Shown one piece after another: positions 14,725 through 24,192 of a stretch of DNA of 44,460 nucleotides. The stretch lies in IMG/VR virus record IMGVR_UViG_3300037462_000270, positions 1 to 44,460 of that record; one strand, given 5' to 3'. Each line of letters opens with the position of its first letter. The stretch's first letter is position 1. Source of the DNA: a virus (Duplodnaviria > Caudoviricetes). Position numbers and translations under genes: made by a program. The notes under the pieces were generated by a model. It was given only the letters and a program-made list of their open reading frames with translations. It did not search any database and was not told the DNA's origin.

Positions 14725-17566
14725 GCGCCGGCCGCATCCGCAGCCCGAGCGCCTGCGACGCCGACCGCGCCTTCGGCGCCGGCGCGAACCGTCCCGCCTC
14801 GTCCCGCGCCGCCTGCTGCGCCTGCTGCTGCCGCACCGGTGAGGGCGCCCGCGACTCCTGCGACGTCCCACCCCGCACCGGCTCCACCGGCACGCCACTG
14901 CTGGCCGCGAAGGACCGGATCTGCGCCGCCAGCGCGCCGGCCGCCGCCTCGTTGCGCGTGTTCACCCGCATGCCGCTCGTCAGCAGGTCGACACCCTTCC
15001 GGGAGTGCAGGAACTTCGAGAGGCCCCAGGCTGGGATCTGCATCAGCACCCCGCCCACCGGGTCCATGACCATGTAGGCGCCCTGTGCCGACAGCCCGCC
15101 GACGAACGCCGTGCCGGACGGGTTGGGATTCTCGGCGCTCTTGCGCGCGAACAGGAAGAAGCTGTCGAGGTTCTCCCGGAGCTGCTTGTCGGGGAACATC
15201 AGCGCCTTGGTGCGCGGGCCGAGCGACTGCCACCGCTGGTGTAGGCCAGCGCCGCCCGTGAAGCGCCCCTGCGCCGTCGCCGTGTTCATCAGGTCGTCCA
15301 CGTAGGCGCGCCCCAATTGCCGCATCTGCTTGGGGGCCACCTTCGCGAGGGACTCGAGCTGCTTGATGCCGGTGTCGTTGCGCCAGATCGCCTGGTTGAA
15401 GACCTGCACCGGCTCCTCTCGGAGCTTCTTGAGCACCGCCGCGGCGCGATACTTCTCCTTGGTGGCCGCCCGCCCCGCGTTGCGGGCCGCCGTCGCCGCC
15501 GGCCCACCCTGCGCCACCGCCGCCTGCACCGCCGTCTCGAGGTCGCTCACCGCCTTCGCTGCGAGACCCTGGCCACGGTTGCGCAGTTCCGGCATGGCCG
15601 CCGACCGAGACAGCCGCTTGAGCTCGCTGAGCCCGGCGTCCGCCGCCGACGCCGACACGAAGTCCTCACCCTCGAGGATCGACCGGATCGCGTGCAACGG
15701 CCGAGACATGCCCTGCTGCGCCGGCGGGAGTTCGCGCTCGAGGCGTTCGATCACGGGCCGCAGGGACTCCTTGACCGGCCGCATATCGACCGGCAGCGGT
15801 ACCGACCGCGTCGTCTCGTCGCCACCCTGGCCGAGCCCGCGCGCGAGCTGCTGCAGCGCCGACCCCTCCGACCCATCACCGGCCAGCGCGCTCGCCTCCG
15901 TCCACCAGGCCCGCCCGGGCCGCACGCCGACCTGCGCCAACGCGCCGGCCGGTGTGACCTTGATGCCACTGGACAGTTCCGCCGCTTCCTCGATGATGTT
16001 GAAGAGTTCGGAGTCAGGCAGATCCGCGAACGACGGGCCGAACTCGGGATGCGCCCTGAAGCGCTCCATCATCTGGTCGACCGTGAGCCCCGCCTTCGGC
16101 CGCACCACGCCGCGCACGCCGCCGATGGCGCCCTGGACGCGCGTGTTCGCCTTCGCCTGCGTGACCATTTCCCGCAGCCGCGCCGCTTCGCCCGACAGGT
16201 CCTTCTCCGCGACCCCCACGCCGCCGTTGTCGGAGATGAACTGCAGCACGCGCCGGCCCCAGTTCCCGTTGCTCACCTCGTCGACGAGCCCCTGCGCCTC
16301 GGAGACCTTCTCCCGCAGCCGCGCCCGCAGTTCGCTGGTCGGCCCGTCGTAGCCGTTGCGCTTCGCGTCCTCGAGCACGTCCGCGAACAGGTCGGCGTCC
16401 GACATGCTCTTCGGCTGGAAGATGGCGCCGCCCTCGTCGGCGCCCGCGCGCACGGTGGCCGGCACCTCCTCCACCATCTGCTCCTCGATGCCGCGCAGGC
16501 GCCCGTACGCCTGCGATGCCTTGGAGTTCGCCGACCGGATGCGCTTCCCAACCGCATCGCGAATCCCCTGGCCGACCTGCTCCGGCACCACCGCGCCCTC
16601 CGGATAGGCCTCGGTCGCCAGTTCCCGCCCGACGCGCGCCAGCCCCTCCTCCTGCGCCGTGCGCGCCGCTTCGCCGACCATCGACCCGCCGAGCGTGCGA
16701 TCCGCCGCCCACTGCGCCCCGCGCACCACCTTGCTGTCGGTCGCCGATGCCGCATCCACGGGCACGCCGCGGCTGCGCATGAACTCCGCCGCCCGCTTGA
16801 CCGGCGCCGGCGCATTCCCGAGCACGCGCCCCGTGGCCCGCACCGCCGCGCCCGCCACCGGCAGCGCCCCGGCCACGCCCGCAGCCGTCATCGGATCGGC
16901 GCCCTGCGCCGTGGCGATCCCCGCCGCGCCCGCCGCTTCGACGCCGGCCCGCGCCGCCAGCCCGAGGCCCTGCGGGGCCTTGCTGGCGAGCTTCAGCCCG
17001 AGCCGGGAGATGGCATTGCTCGGCACGATGGCCTCCGCCACCTGCTCGCCGATCTTGCCGACCGTCTGCGTGGTGTTGCTCGGCGTGACGACCTGGTCCG
17101 CCACGTCCATCGCGCGCGCCGACCCGCCCGGCTGCAGCCCGTAGAGCCAGTCCGTGAACCGCGTGACGCCTGGCACCTTCTGCGTCAGGCGCCCGAGGTT
17201 CGCCACCGTCTGTCCGACGCCCTTCGCGGCGCCGATGTTCAGGTCGAGATAGCCGCGCGCCAGCGTGCTCGGCAGGCCGCCGATGGCGCCCGCAGACTCC
17301 GCCTCGATCGCGTCGAGCATCGACGGATCCGCCGTCGTGCGCGTGCGGAAGGCGGGCACCATCGGTGCCTCACCCATCCCCGACGCCGGCACCATCGACG
17401 GCCCCGCCGCCGTCGGGCCGTCATCCTCGAGCAGGCCGGGATCGACCGCGCCGCCCACGGGAGGCAGCGACGGCGCGGTGCGCCGGACAGGCGTGCGGTA
17501 CTGCGGCTCGTCGTCCTCGAGCAGGTCCAGGTCGACCGGTTCGCCGATGGCAGGCTGGCGCGGCAT
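14678..17566 (-). CDS. Large internal virion / DNA ejection protein
   Basis: 962 aa, Ala/Gly-rich helical, last of four large genes between tail and lysis genes. Confidence 0.7.
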   Translation of the reverse strand: MPRQPAIGEPVDLDLLEDDEPQYRTPVRRTAPSLPPVGGAVDPGLLEDDGPTAAGPSMVPASGMGEAPMVPAFRTRTTADPSMLDAIEAESAGAIGGLPSTLARGYLDLNIGAAKGVGQTVANLGRLTQKVPGVTRFTDWLYGLQPGGSARAMDVADQVVTPSNTTQTVGKIGEQVAEAIVPSNAISRLGLKLASKAPQGLGLAARAGVEAAGAAGIATAQGADPMTAAGVAGALPVAGAAVRATGRVLGNAPAPVKRAAEFMRSRGVPVDAASATDSKVVRGAQWAADRTLGGSMVGEAARTAQEEGLARVGRELATEAYPEGAVVPEQVGQGIRDAVGKRIRSANSKASQAYGRLRGIEEQMVEEVPATVRAGADEGGAIFQPKSMSDADLFADVLEDAKRNGYDGPTSELRARLREKVSEAQGLVDEVSNGNWGRRVLQFISDNGGVGVAEKDLSGEAARLREMVTQAKANTRVQGAIGGVRGVVRPKAGLTVDQMMERFRAHPEFGPSFADLPDSELFNIIEEAAELSSGIKVTPAGALAQVGVRPGRAWWTEASALAGDGSEGSALQQLARGLGQGGDETTRSVPLPVDMRPVKESLRPVIERLERELPPAQQGMSRPLHAIRSILEGEDFVSASAADAGLSELKRLSRSAAMPELRNRGQGLAAKAVSDLETAVQAAVAQGGPAATAARNAGRAATKEKYRAAAVLKKLREEPVQVFNQAIWRNDTGIKQLESLAKVAPKQMRQLGRAYVDDLMNTATAQGRFTGGAGLHQRWQSLGPRTKALMFPDKQLRENLDSFFLFARKSAENPNPSGTAFVGGLSAQGAYMVMDPVGGVLMQIPAWGLSKFLHSRKGVDLLTSGMRVNTRNEAAAGALAAQIRSFAASSGVPVEPVRGGTSQESRAPSPVRQQQAQQAARDEAGRFAPAPKARSASQALGLRMRPAPTGPDGPAAPARGRI

Positions 17567-18846
17567 TACTCGACCCTCACCCAGGTACCGTTCCGGAGTT
17601 CGGCCACGCCGCCACCCTTGATTCGCTTGCGCGGGCCCGCCGGCGCCCGCGAGGACGCGCCCGGGGCCTGCGCCGCCGGTGCCGCCCCGCCCTGCCGCCG
17701 CACGAAGCCGGACACGTCGTACCCGGCATCCGACAACGACTCGACCTGCTGGCCGCGGCGCCGCTCAATCGCTTGCCGCAAGCCGTTCAGTTTGGCCGAT
17801 GCGACCTGCGGCGAGTCGCCGATGGTCGGCAGGATCTTGGTGTACTTGATCTCGTCCTCCTTGCGGAGGACGCCCCCCTCGAGCGCCTTGCCGATGACCT
17901 GCTTGACGCGGTCAATGACGGCCTGGCGAGACTTCGCCGCCCCACCGATGCCGGTGAGCTCGGTGACGACGTTCGGCACCTGCGATCCGAGATAGGCACT
18001 CGTGCCCGTGGCCGCCGCCGTTTCGGTGAGCGCCGCCTCGAGCGCGTCGAGGTCCGTGAGCGCCGTGCCCAGGTCGGCCATGGTGTTCGCGTCACCCGAC
18101 GTGATCGGACGCCCACCGCCACCCGCCGCACCGCCGCCGGTGTCCGGCCGCGAGCGCACGAGCCCCTCACGGAGGTTGATCTCCGCGACGTTCTGCCCGT
18201 GGCTGTAATCCTGCTGCCGCTTCCAGGCATCGAACGTCTGCGCCGCCTTGTCCTGCGGACTGGTGTAGTCCTCCGGCTGCGTCGCCGGCAGCTTCCGAGT
18301 GGCCGCGTAGTTCGTCGACATCCAGTCCCGCAGATGCACCGGCGCCTTGTTGATCGCCCCGCGTGCCGCCATGTCCTGCGCGCCCGCCTGCTGGCGTTCG
18401 CCCTGCGCCGTCATGCGCGCCGCCTGCTCAGTGGCCGTCTCTCGCCTCGAAGGCGCCCCCGTCATCGGCGCAATCGGCGCCGGCAGCCCGAGGTCCTGCT
18501 GGCCGAGCACGTCGGGCGTGTTCACCTGCGTGCCCGCCTCGTCGATCATCTCCCCCATGCCGAGGGCCCGCAGGTCCGTGACCGTGTTCGGCTGGAACGC
18601 CGTGCCGGCCGGCATCTTCCCGACCACCTGTTCGTAGTCGGTGCGCAGTTCGCGATCCGCCGCCCGCCCCGCCGCCGCCTCACGCAACGCCAGATCGCGC
18701 AACCGGAGTTGCTCATCCACCCCGCGCCGCCGCCGCTCCTCCTCGTCGTCGACCTGCTGGCGTCGACGCTGCTGCACCTGGCCGTATCCGCGCAGGCCCC
18801 CGTCGAGGGCGCCCATGATCGCGGCTGCGATATCCGAACCCGCCAT
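17566..18846 (-). CDS. Putative internal virion / ejection protein
   Basis: 426 aa helical protein, GGAGG SD, synteny. Confidence 0.65.
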   Translation of the reverse strand: MAGSDIAAAIMGALDGGLRGYGQVQQRRRQQVDDEEERRRRGVDEQLRLRDLALREAAAGRAADRELRTDYEQVVGKMPAGTAFQPNTVTDLRALGMGEMIDEAGTQVNTPDVLGQQDLGLPAPIAPMTGAPSRRETATEQAARMTAQGERQQAGAQDMAARGAINKAPVHLRDWMSTNYAATRKLPATQPEDYTSPQDKAAQTFDAWKRQQDYSHGQNVAEINLREGLVRSRPDTGGGAAGGGGRPITSGDANTMADLGTALTDLDALEAALTETAAATGTSAYLGSQVPNVVTELTGIGGAAKSRQAVIDRVKQVIGKALEGGVLRKEDEIKYTKILPTIGDSPQVASAKLNGLRQAIERRRGQQVESLSDAGYDVSGFVRRQGGAAPAAQAPGASSRAPAGPRKRIKGGGVAELRNGTWVRVE

Positions 18847-18855
18847 GCGCGCCTC

Positions 18856-20964
18856 CTAGAACCCGAGTGCCCGGTAGTAGCTGTTGACGCCGAACTCGTC
18901 GGCCCGCTGCTGCAGGTTCGCGAGGTCGATGCCGGCCCCCACGTTGAACTGCCGCCCGCTCTCGCCAAGCTGCGCGTACTCCAGTTCCATCTGCTGCTGC
19001 AGGGCCATCAGGCGGAACGCAAGGTCGTCCTTGAACTCGCTGTTCGCCGTCTGGAGCTTCGTCAGGTCGACGAACTTGGAGACGTCGATGCCGTACCGCT
19101 GCGTGAGCTCGTTGGCCTTCGCAATCGCGAAATCGGCCATCAGCTTGTCGCGGCTGATGCCGAGTTCCGCCGCGGCCTGCTTCGTGCTCTCGATCAGCCC
19201 GACGCGGTCGTTGAGTGCCGCCGCCTGCTCGAGCTGAATCCGCGCCGCGTTGACCGCGTTGTTGCCCTTGAGCTGCGCCGCGTTGAAGACGTTGGACTCA
19301 CGCGCCTGCGCTTCCGACAGGTTGCGGCCCCGCTTCGCGTCGCTGTAGGAGGCCCCGAGCGTCGCTGCCGCCCGTCGGTCGCCCTGATTGACCTTCGCGG
19401 CCTCGATCTCGATGCCGCGGTTGGACCGCTGGATCGCCTCGTCGCGCGACCGCTTCGCGCCCAGGCGCTCGCTGGCGAGGAAGTTGGACGAGTCGATCCC
19501 CATGTCGAAGCCCATGCCAACCAGGTCCTCGTCGAGGCTCTCGCCCATGGCCGCCGCTTCTTCACGGCTGGCCGCCTTCATCATGTCGACCGTGCGCGCG
19601 TCGAGACTCTCGGGATTCTCGAGCAGGCGGTTGATGAGGGACTCGGTGCCGGCCTCGGTGCCAGCGGAGAGGTCGCCGAACCCGTTGAACTCGTACGAGC
19701 CCATGCCGCCCAGGATGTCCTCGTAACTGCGCGAGGGCAGGCCCTCGGTCGTCAGGTCGGTCGGCGCCTGATAGCCCGGGCCCGTCATCGACAGATCGCC
19801 TATACCCTCCACCGTCGGCGCCGGACCGATCGCCGTGTTCTGCGTCTGGACGCCCGTGGCGCCCTGCGTGCCCGGCGTCGTGGCCATCGTGGCACCCGGC
19901 GCCTGGCCACCGCCGCCCTGCGTCGGCGCCCCGCCCCAGCCGCCCGCGAGGTCCCCCCAGACGAACCGCGGATCGTTGCCCGTGGCGTCGCCGATGATGT
20001 CGATCTCTTCCCACCCGCGCTCGTTGGAGAACACCATGACGGTGTCCATGCCGTTCCCTTCGGCCACCGGGTAGCCTTCGGCGAGCAGAGCCGGGATGAT
20101 CTGGTCACGGATGATGCCGCCGTAGACTTCACGGGACTGGTTCGGCGGAAGGCTGATGCCGAGGCTGCCGACGATGCGCCGGAACCCGTCCTTCGCAGAG
20201 TTCGGATCGCCGCCGGCCAGCGCGCGGTCGTCGTTGAAGCCCTCGAACCGCGTGCCGCCGGCCTGCGCGAGCCCAGTGCCGCCGTACGTCATGGCGCCCT
20301 GCTGCAGGTTCGTCGGCATGCCGCCGGCCGGCGGCGCCATCTCCGGGGCCGCCGGCGCGCCAGCCCCTTCGGTGCGCGGCATGACGTCGGGCTGTCCCAT
20401 CGACCCGTCGCCGATGACGTACCGGCGCCCGTCGACGACCATCTGGTCCCCGTCCCACGAGACGTCGTGGCCGGCCGACTTGAACTCGCTGTAGAGGGAG
20501 CGCCCGATCTGGTCCTGCAGCACGGCCTTCTGCCGCGGGTCCGTCGTGCTCTTGAGCTGCTGGAGTTGCGTGGTGTACTTCGCGCTGATGCCGTCCGCGC
20601 TGCCCTGCGACTTCGCGCCGACGCCGCTGGCCGCGTCGCCCATCGCACCGAACCCGCTGACGCCGGTCTGCGCCCCCTGGCCCGTCTGCGGGCCGGACGC
20701 GCCACCGAACCCGCTGGCGTCCTGCGTGAAGCTGTCGAAGCCGCTGACGCCCTGGCCAGCACCGCCCGTGTCCGCCGAGCCGCTCGAGGCCGAGCCCATC
20801 GGCGTGCCGAGCGCCGCGAATGGATTCCCCTGCGCGGCGGGGCCGGCCGTCTGCGGGGCAGGCGTCGCCGTGCCGGGGCCGGCGCCCATCTGGGCGATGT
20901 CGTCGTAATTCCTGCGGAGATCGTCGTCCTGCTGCTGCTCGTCCCAGGTGCCCCACTGCGCCAT
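18856..20964 (-). CDS. Putative internal virion / ejection protein
   Basis: 702 aa, Gly-rich N-half, Gln/Ala coiled-coil C-half, synteny. Confidence 0.65.
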   Translation of the reverse strand: MAQWGTWDEQQQDDDLRRNYDDIAQMGAGPGTATPAPQTAGPAAQGNPFAALGTPMGSASSGSADTGGAGQGVSGFDSFTQDASGFGGASGPQTGQGAQTGVSGFGAMGDAASGVGAKSQGSADGISAKYTTQLQQLKSTTDPRQKAVLQDQIGRSLYSEFKSAGHDVSWDGDQMVVDGRRYVIGDGSMGQPDVMPRTEGAGAPAAPEMAPPAGGMPTNLQQGAMTYGGTGLAQAGGTRFEGFNDDRALAGGDPNSAKDGFRRIVGSLGISLPPNQSREVYGGIIRDQIIPALLAEGYPVAEGNGMDTVMVFSNERGWEEIDIIGDATGNDPRFVWGDLAGGWGGAPTQGGGGQAPGATMATTPGTQGATGVQTQNTAIGPAPTVEGIGDLSMTGPGYQAPTDLTTEGLPSRSYEDILGGMGSYEFNGFGDLSAGTEAGTESLINRLLENPESLDARTVDMMKAASREEAAAMGESLDEDLVGMGFDMGIDSSNFLASERLGAKRSRDEAIQRSNRGIEIEAAKVNQGDRRAAATLGASYSDAKRGRNLSEAQARESNVFNAAQLKGNNAVNAARIQLEQAAALNDRVGLIESTKQAAAELGISRDKLMADFAIAKANELTQRYGIDVSKFVDLTKLQTANSEFKDDLAFRLMALQQQMELEYAQLGESGRQFNVGAGIDLANLQQRADEFGVNSYYRALGF

Positions 20965-21012
20965 GTGGCGCCGTCCGTCTTCTCCGGCCAGGAAGAAACG
21001 GTCTCCCGCGTG

Positions 21013-21981
21013 CTACGCGAACAACTCAGCGTAGTCGCGCCCCATCATGCCACCTTCGACGTTCCGTCCGCCCGCCTGCTGCAGGCTGCGCAGGATCGCC
21101 GTGAGACCCTGCTCCCCGACCCACTGATGCCGGCCCTTGTCGAAGCCGATGGCCGCAAGCTGCGACTCCACCTCCTCCGCCGACGGTTCGCGCCCGAGGA
21201 AGGTGGCGTAGGCGTCGCGAATCACCGTGCGCGCGTCGGTGACGCTCACATCGGTCGCGGCCGTCTTCGCGTTCTTCGTGAACGCGCCGGCCACCGCCCC
21301 GCCGATACCACCGACGATCGCGCCGGCCGCCGTGCCGAGACCCGGCACGACACTGCCCGCCGTCGCCACCATGGCCGCACCCTTCCCAGCGCCACTCATC
21401 ACGCCCCCGGCGCCTTCGTTGCGGCGCTGCACGCCGGACAACAGGCTGCTCACGTCGAGCGCGCCACCCGCGCCGCCCGGCGCCATCGGCGCCCGCGCCC
21501 CGGCAGCCCCGCCCGTGCGCGGCTGCGCGCCCGTCGACGCCCCGCCCGCGGCATTCAGGTTCAGCGCCCCCGTCTGCCCGTAGTTGGCCGGATCCGTCAT
21601 CGTCGGCGCCGTGCGCCCACTGGCCACATCCCGCTGCAGCCGCTTCGCGCTCGTACGCAGATCGGCCGACGGCTGATACGAGAAGCCGCCCGACAGTTGC
21701 GGCACCGTGATCCCCGGCATCGAGTACCGCGCCGGCGCCAGTTGGGCGTTCGCCATCACGTCGAGCGTGCCGAGCGTGCGCCCCTGGTCGAGCTGATGCC
21801 GGAACGGATTGAGCCCCGTCTCCTCCACCGCCGCCCGATAGCGCCGATCGAGGTCGCTCTCCGCGCTGGCCTGTTCGCGGTCCTGGCGATTGTTCCGGTT
21901 GGCCGTGTACGCCCCGTAGGCGCCCACCGCCGCCGTCGCCGCCGGGATCACCCAGTCGTACTTGCTACCGCTTCCGGCCAT
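21013..21981 (-). CDS. Putative pilot/ejection protein with glycine zipper
   Basis: ATG 21981 with AAGGAG SD; PGLGTAAGAIVGGIGGAVAG glycine zipper. Confidence 0.65.
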   Translation of the reverse strand: MAGSGSKYDWVIPAATAAVGAYGAYTANRNNRQDREQASAESDLDRRYRAAVEETGLNPFRHQLDQGRTLGTLDVMANAQLAPARYSMPGITVPQLSGGFSYQPSADLRTSAKRLQRDVASGRTAPTMTDPANYGQTGALNLNAAGGASTGAQPRTGGAAGARAPMAPGGAGGALDVSSLLSGVQRRNEGAGGVMSGAGKGAAMVATAGSVVPGLGTAAGAIVGGIGGAVAGAFTKNAKTAATDVSVTDARTVIRDAYATFLGREPSAEEVESQLAAIGFDKGRHQWVGEQGLTAILRSLQQAGGRNVEGGMMGRDYAELFA

Positions 21982-22276
21982 GGTCAGGCTCCTTGTCCCG
22001 CGCGAGGGCTTCGACGGCCCGCGCCAGTTGCGCATTGGTGGCCTCGTGCATCGCCACCATCCGCGTGTTGTTCTGGACGGTCTCCTTGAGTTCGTCGGCC
22101 ACGCGCCGGTACTCCTCCGCGCGCTGGTCGGCCGCCGCGCGCCGCTCCACTTCGACCTTTGCCGCCGACTCGCGCGCCTCTTTCATGTCCCGCCGGTAGA
22201 GCAGGAACATGAAGATCGCGATCACCCCACCGATGCCGTAGCTGGCAACGACCTTGAACGCTTCAGTTTCTGACAC
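21965..22276 (-). CDS. Membrane-anchored coiled-coil protein (BhlA/holin-like)
   Basis: YGIGGVIAIFMFLLY then coiled coil; GTG 22276 with GGAGG SD. Confidence 0.65.
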   Translation of the reverse strand: MSETEAFKVVASYGIGGVIAIFMFLLYRRDMKEARESAAKVEVERRAAADQRAEEYRRVADELKETVQNNTRMVAMHEATNAQLARAVEALARDKEPDHGRKR

Positions 22277-22607
22277 CGGGCGGCGCCTCCTGTGGCACCG
22301 CCACCAGCCGGCCAGTCCGTCGATCGAACGTGAACCCAGGATGCGCGGCCTCGATCGCGGAAATCGCCGCGTCCTCGGACCGCTTGATCTGCTCCTGGTT
22401 CGCGCGGGCCCGAAGGGGGCCGAGCACCGCACGACACACATCACCCTCCGCCTGCGCATCCGCCAGTTGCCGCTGCAGGGCCACGACCGTCAGCCGCAGG
22501 CCATCGGCCTCGGTGAGCATGCCCGGCTGCTGCAGCGCCGCGACCGCGCTCACGCCCATGTAGGACATCTGCAGGGCGAACAGGGCCAGCATCGTCCGGC
22601 GCCTCAC
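22263..22607 (-). CDS. Small protein with signal-peptide-like N-terminus and coiled coil
   Basis: GTGA-coupled to fibre gene; MRRRTMLALFALQMSYMGVSAVAA. Confidence 0.65.
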   Translation of the reverse strand: MRRRTMLALFALQMSYMGVSAVAALQQPGMLTEADGLRLTVVALQRQLADAQAEGDVCRAVLGPLRARANQEQIKRSEDAAISAIEAAHPGFTFDRRTGRLVAVPQEAPPGVRN

Positions 22608-23875
22608 GACTGCGCTCCGACGACTGTGCCACTCGTGTTCGAAGGCGTCCCGTCCTCCTGCGGACAGCCGCCCGTGCTCACCCGCAGGTCCCCGGTGTCG
22701 TCCACCCACAGACTCGCCGTGCCACCGCTCGCTTGCGTCAGTTGCATGCAGGCCGGCGCGCCGCTCCCGGAGGCGTTCCGTGGCAGCCGCAGCACGCCGC
22801 CCGTGATGGCGCCGGCGCCCGCAAGCACGCCCGTGCCGAAGTCGGCATAGACCGGCGCATCCGCCGGCCGCGAGAAGCTGACGACGTTCGCCCCGTTGAT
22901 GCCGAGCGAGATGACGTCGAGCGCGTGGTAGAACCCAGAGTCGGGATTGCTCACGAAGGCGATGCCAGGCGCCCCCACCGTGCCGTTGCCGAACTGCGTG
23001 GAGCCGGCACTGTACGTGCCCGTGACCGTGAGATTGCCGCCGATGGTGGCATCCGTTGAGGTCGTCAGCGTGCCGGTGACCGTCGTCGCACCTGTGAGCC
23101 CGATCGACGTGGCCGCCAGCGTTGCCGCCGACACCGTCGTGCCGCTCCGCGAGAACAACAGCGCCGACGTCGCCACCGACCCGGCATCGTTGAGCGCCTG
23201 AATGGCCCACTGCGTCCCGTCGCCGACCGCCCGCCAGCGTCCGTTGTCGGCCGCCACGCCCGTCTCGGTGAAGTTGAGGATCGGCGAGGTGTTCGTGATT
23301 GTCGGCGTGCCCTGAAACGACGTGGCGCCCGTGTAGGTGTTGGCGCCGGTATACGTCTCGCTGGCCGCGACGCGCGCGAGCAGGCTGCCATCCGTGATGG
23401 CCGTCTCCGCAATCTGGATCGCCGTCGAGCCCGCCGCCGTCAGCCGCCCGTCCGCGTCCACCGTGAAGGTGCCGACCTCCGCCGCCCCGCCGTAGCTCCC
23501 CGGGCTGACCGCCGACGCCGCAAGCTGCGCGGCATCCACGCACCCCGTGCACACCAGCGTCGAGACGTTGATCGCGCTCACCGTCGTCACGCCAGCCACG
23601 TCGAGCGTGCCGCCGATCGTCGCGTTGCGCGCCAGCGCCAGGTCCCGCGGATTCAGGATGTCGAAGGTGCCCGACGGGGAGAACGTCAGGTGCCCGCCCA
23701 TCGTCCCCCCGAGCCGGTTGAGGGCGTTGGAGTAGATAGTGTCGAAGTTGGTGTTGACCTCGTCGGGCTGCGCCACCGTGCCCGCCGTGAAGGTGTACGG
23801 CACGGACCCGAGCTGCGCCCACGCCGGCGCGGCGCTCAGCAGGAGGAAGACGAAGAATGTGAGCAGGCGTCGCAT
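22604..23875 (-). CDS. Tail fibre-like protein with N-terminal signal peptide
   Basis: MRRLLTFFVFLLLSAAPAWAQ then PYTFTAGT...EVNTNF, GGTMGGHL, PGSYG...FTVDADGRLTAAG; Thr/Gly-rich. Confidence 0.75.
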   Translation of the reverse strand: MRRLLTFFVFLLLSAAPAWAQLGSVPYTFTAGTVAQPDEVNTNFDTIYSNALNRLGGTMGGHLTFSPSGTFDILNPRDLALARNATIGGTLDVAGVTTVSAINVSTLVCTGCVDAAQLAASAVSPGSYGGAAEVGTFTVDADGRLTAAGSTAIQIAETAITDGSLLARVAASETYTGANTYTGATSFQGTPTITNTSPILNFTETGVAADNGRWRAVGDGTQWAIQALNDAGSVATSALLFSRSGTTVSAATLAATSIGLTGATTVTGTLTTSTDATIGGNLTVTGTYSAGSTQFGNGTVGAPGIAFVSNPDSGFYHALDVISLGINGANVVSFSRPADAPVYADFGTGVLAGAGAITGGVLRLPRNASGSGAPACMQLTQASGGTASLWVDDTGDLRVSTGGCPQEDGTPSNTSGTVVGAQS

Positions 23876-24192
23876 CAGATGCGCTCCGGTCGATCGGCCA
23901 GGAGGTAGAACTGGACCCGGGCGAACGTGTTCGCCACCGGGGCCGTGAGAAAGGCCAGGTCCTCCGTCCACCGTTCAGGGGTAACGGCATAGAGGGCGCC
24001 GGTGGCCAGATGGACCAGGTAGCCATCCGGTACGGCGCCGAGGCCGTGGAGCACTTGCCGACTCGCGCCGGCCGCCGCACACGTCACCTCGAGGACTGGT
24101 CCCAGTGTCGCCCAGAACGGCCGCAGCCGCGACTCCAGATCGACGAGCGCATCGTTGACCGACGCATCCTCGACGAATCGCTGCCGGCTCAC
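23875..24192 (-). CDS. Small tail-associated protein
   Basis: Coupled between tail tube and fibre genes; HGLGAVPDGY motif. Confidence 0.65.
   Translation of the reverse strand: MSRQRFVEDASVNDALVDLESRLRPFWATLGPVLEVTCAAAGASRQVLHGLGAVPDGYLVHLATGALYAVTPERWTEDLAFLTAPVANTFARVQFYLLADRPERI

Noticed and set aside
14385-15233. Minus-strand ORFs 14385-15233 and 14548-14898 filling the gap before the endolysin
   Set aside because: They overlap the 962-aa gene out of frame and have low-complexity translations; the plus-strand 52-aa ORF and hairpin explain the gap better
17365-22089. 1574-aa plus-strand ORF, and similar long ORFs at 15317-17995, 26579-29077, 33566-35317 and 36581-39187
   Set aside because: Antisense shadows of well-supported minus-strand genes; Arg/Val-rich translations without motifs, expected at this GC content
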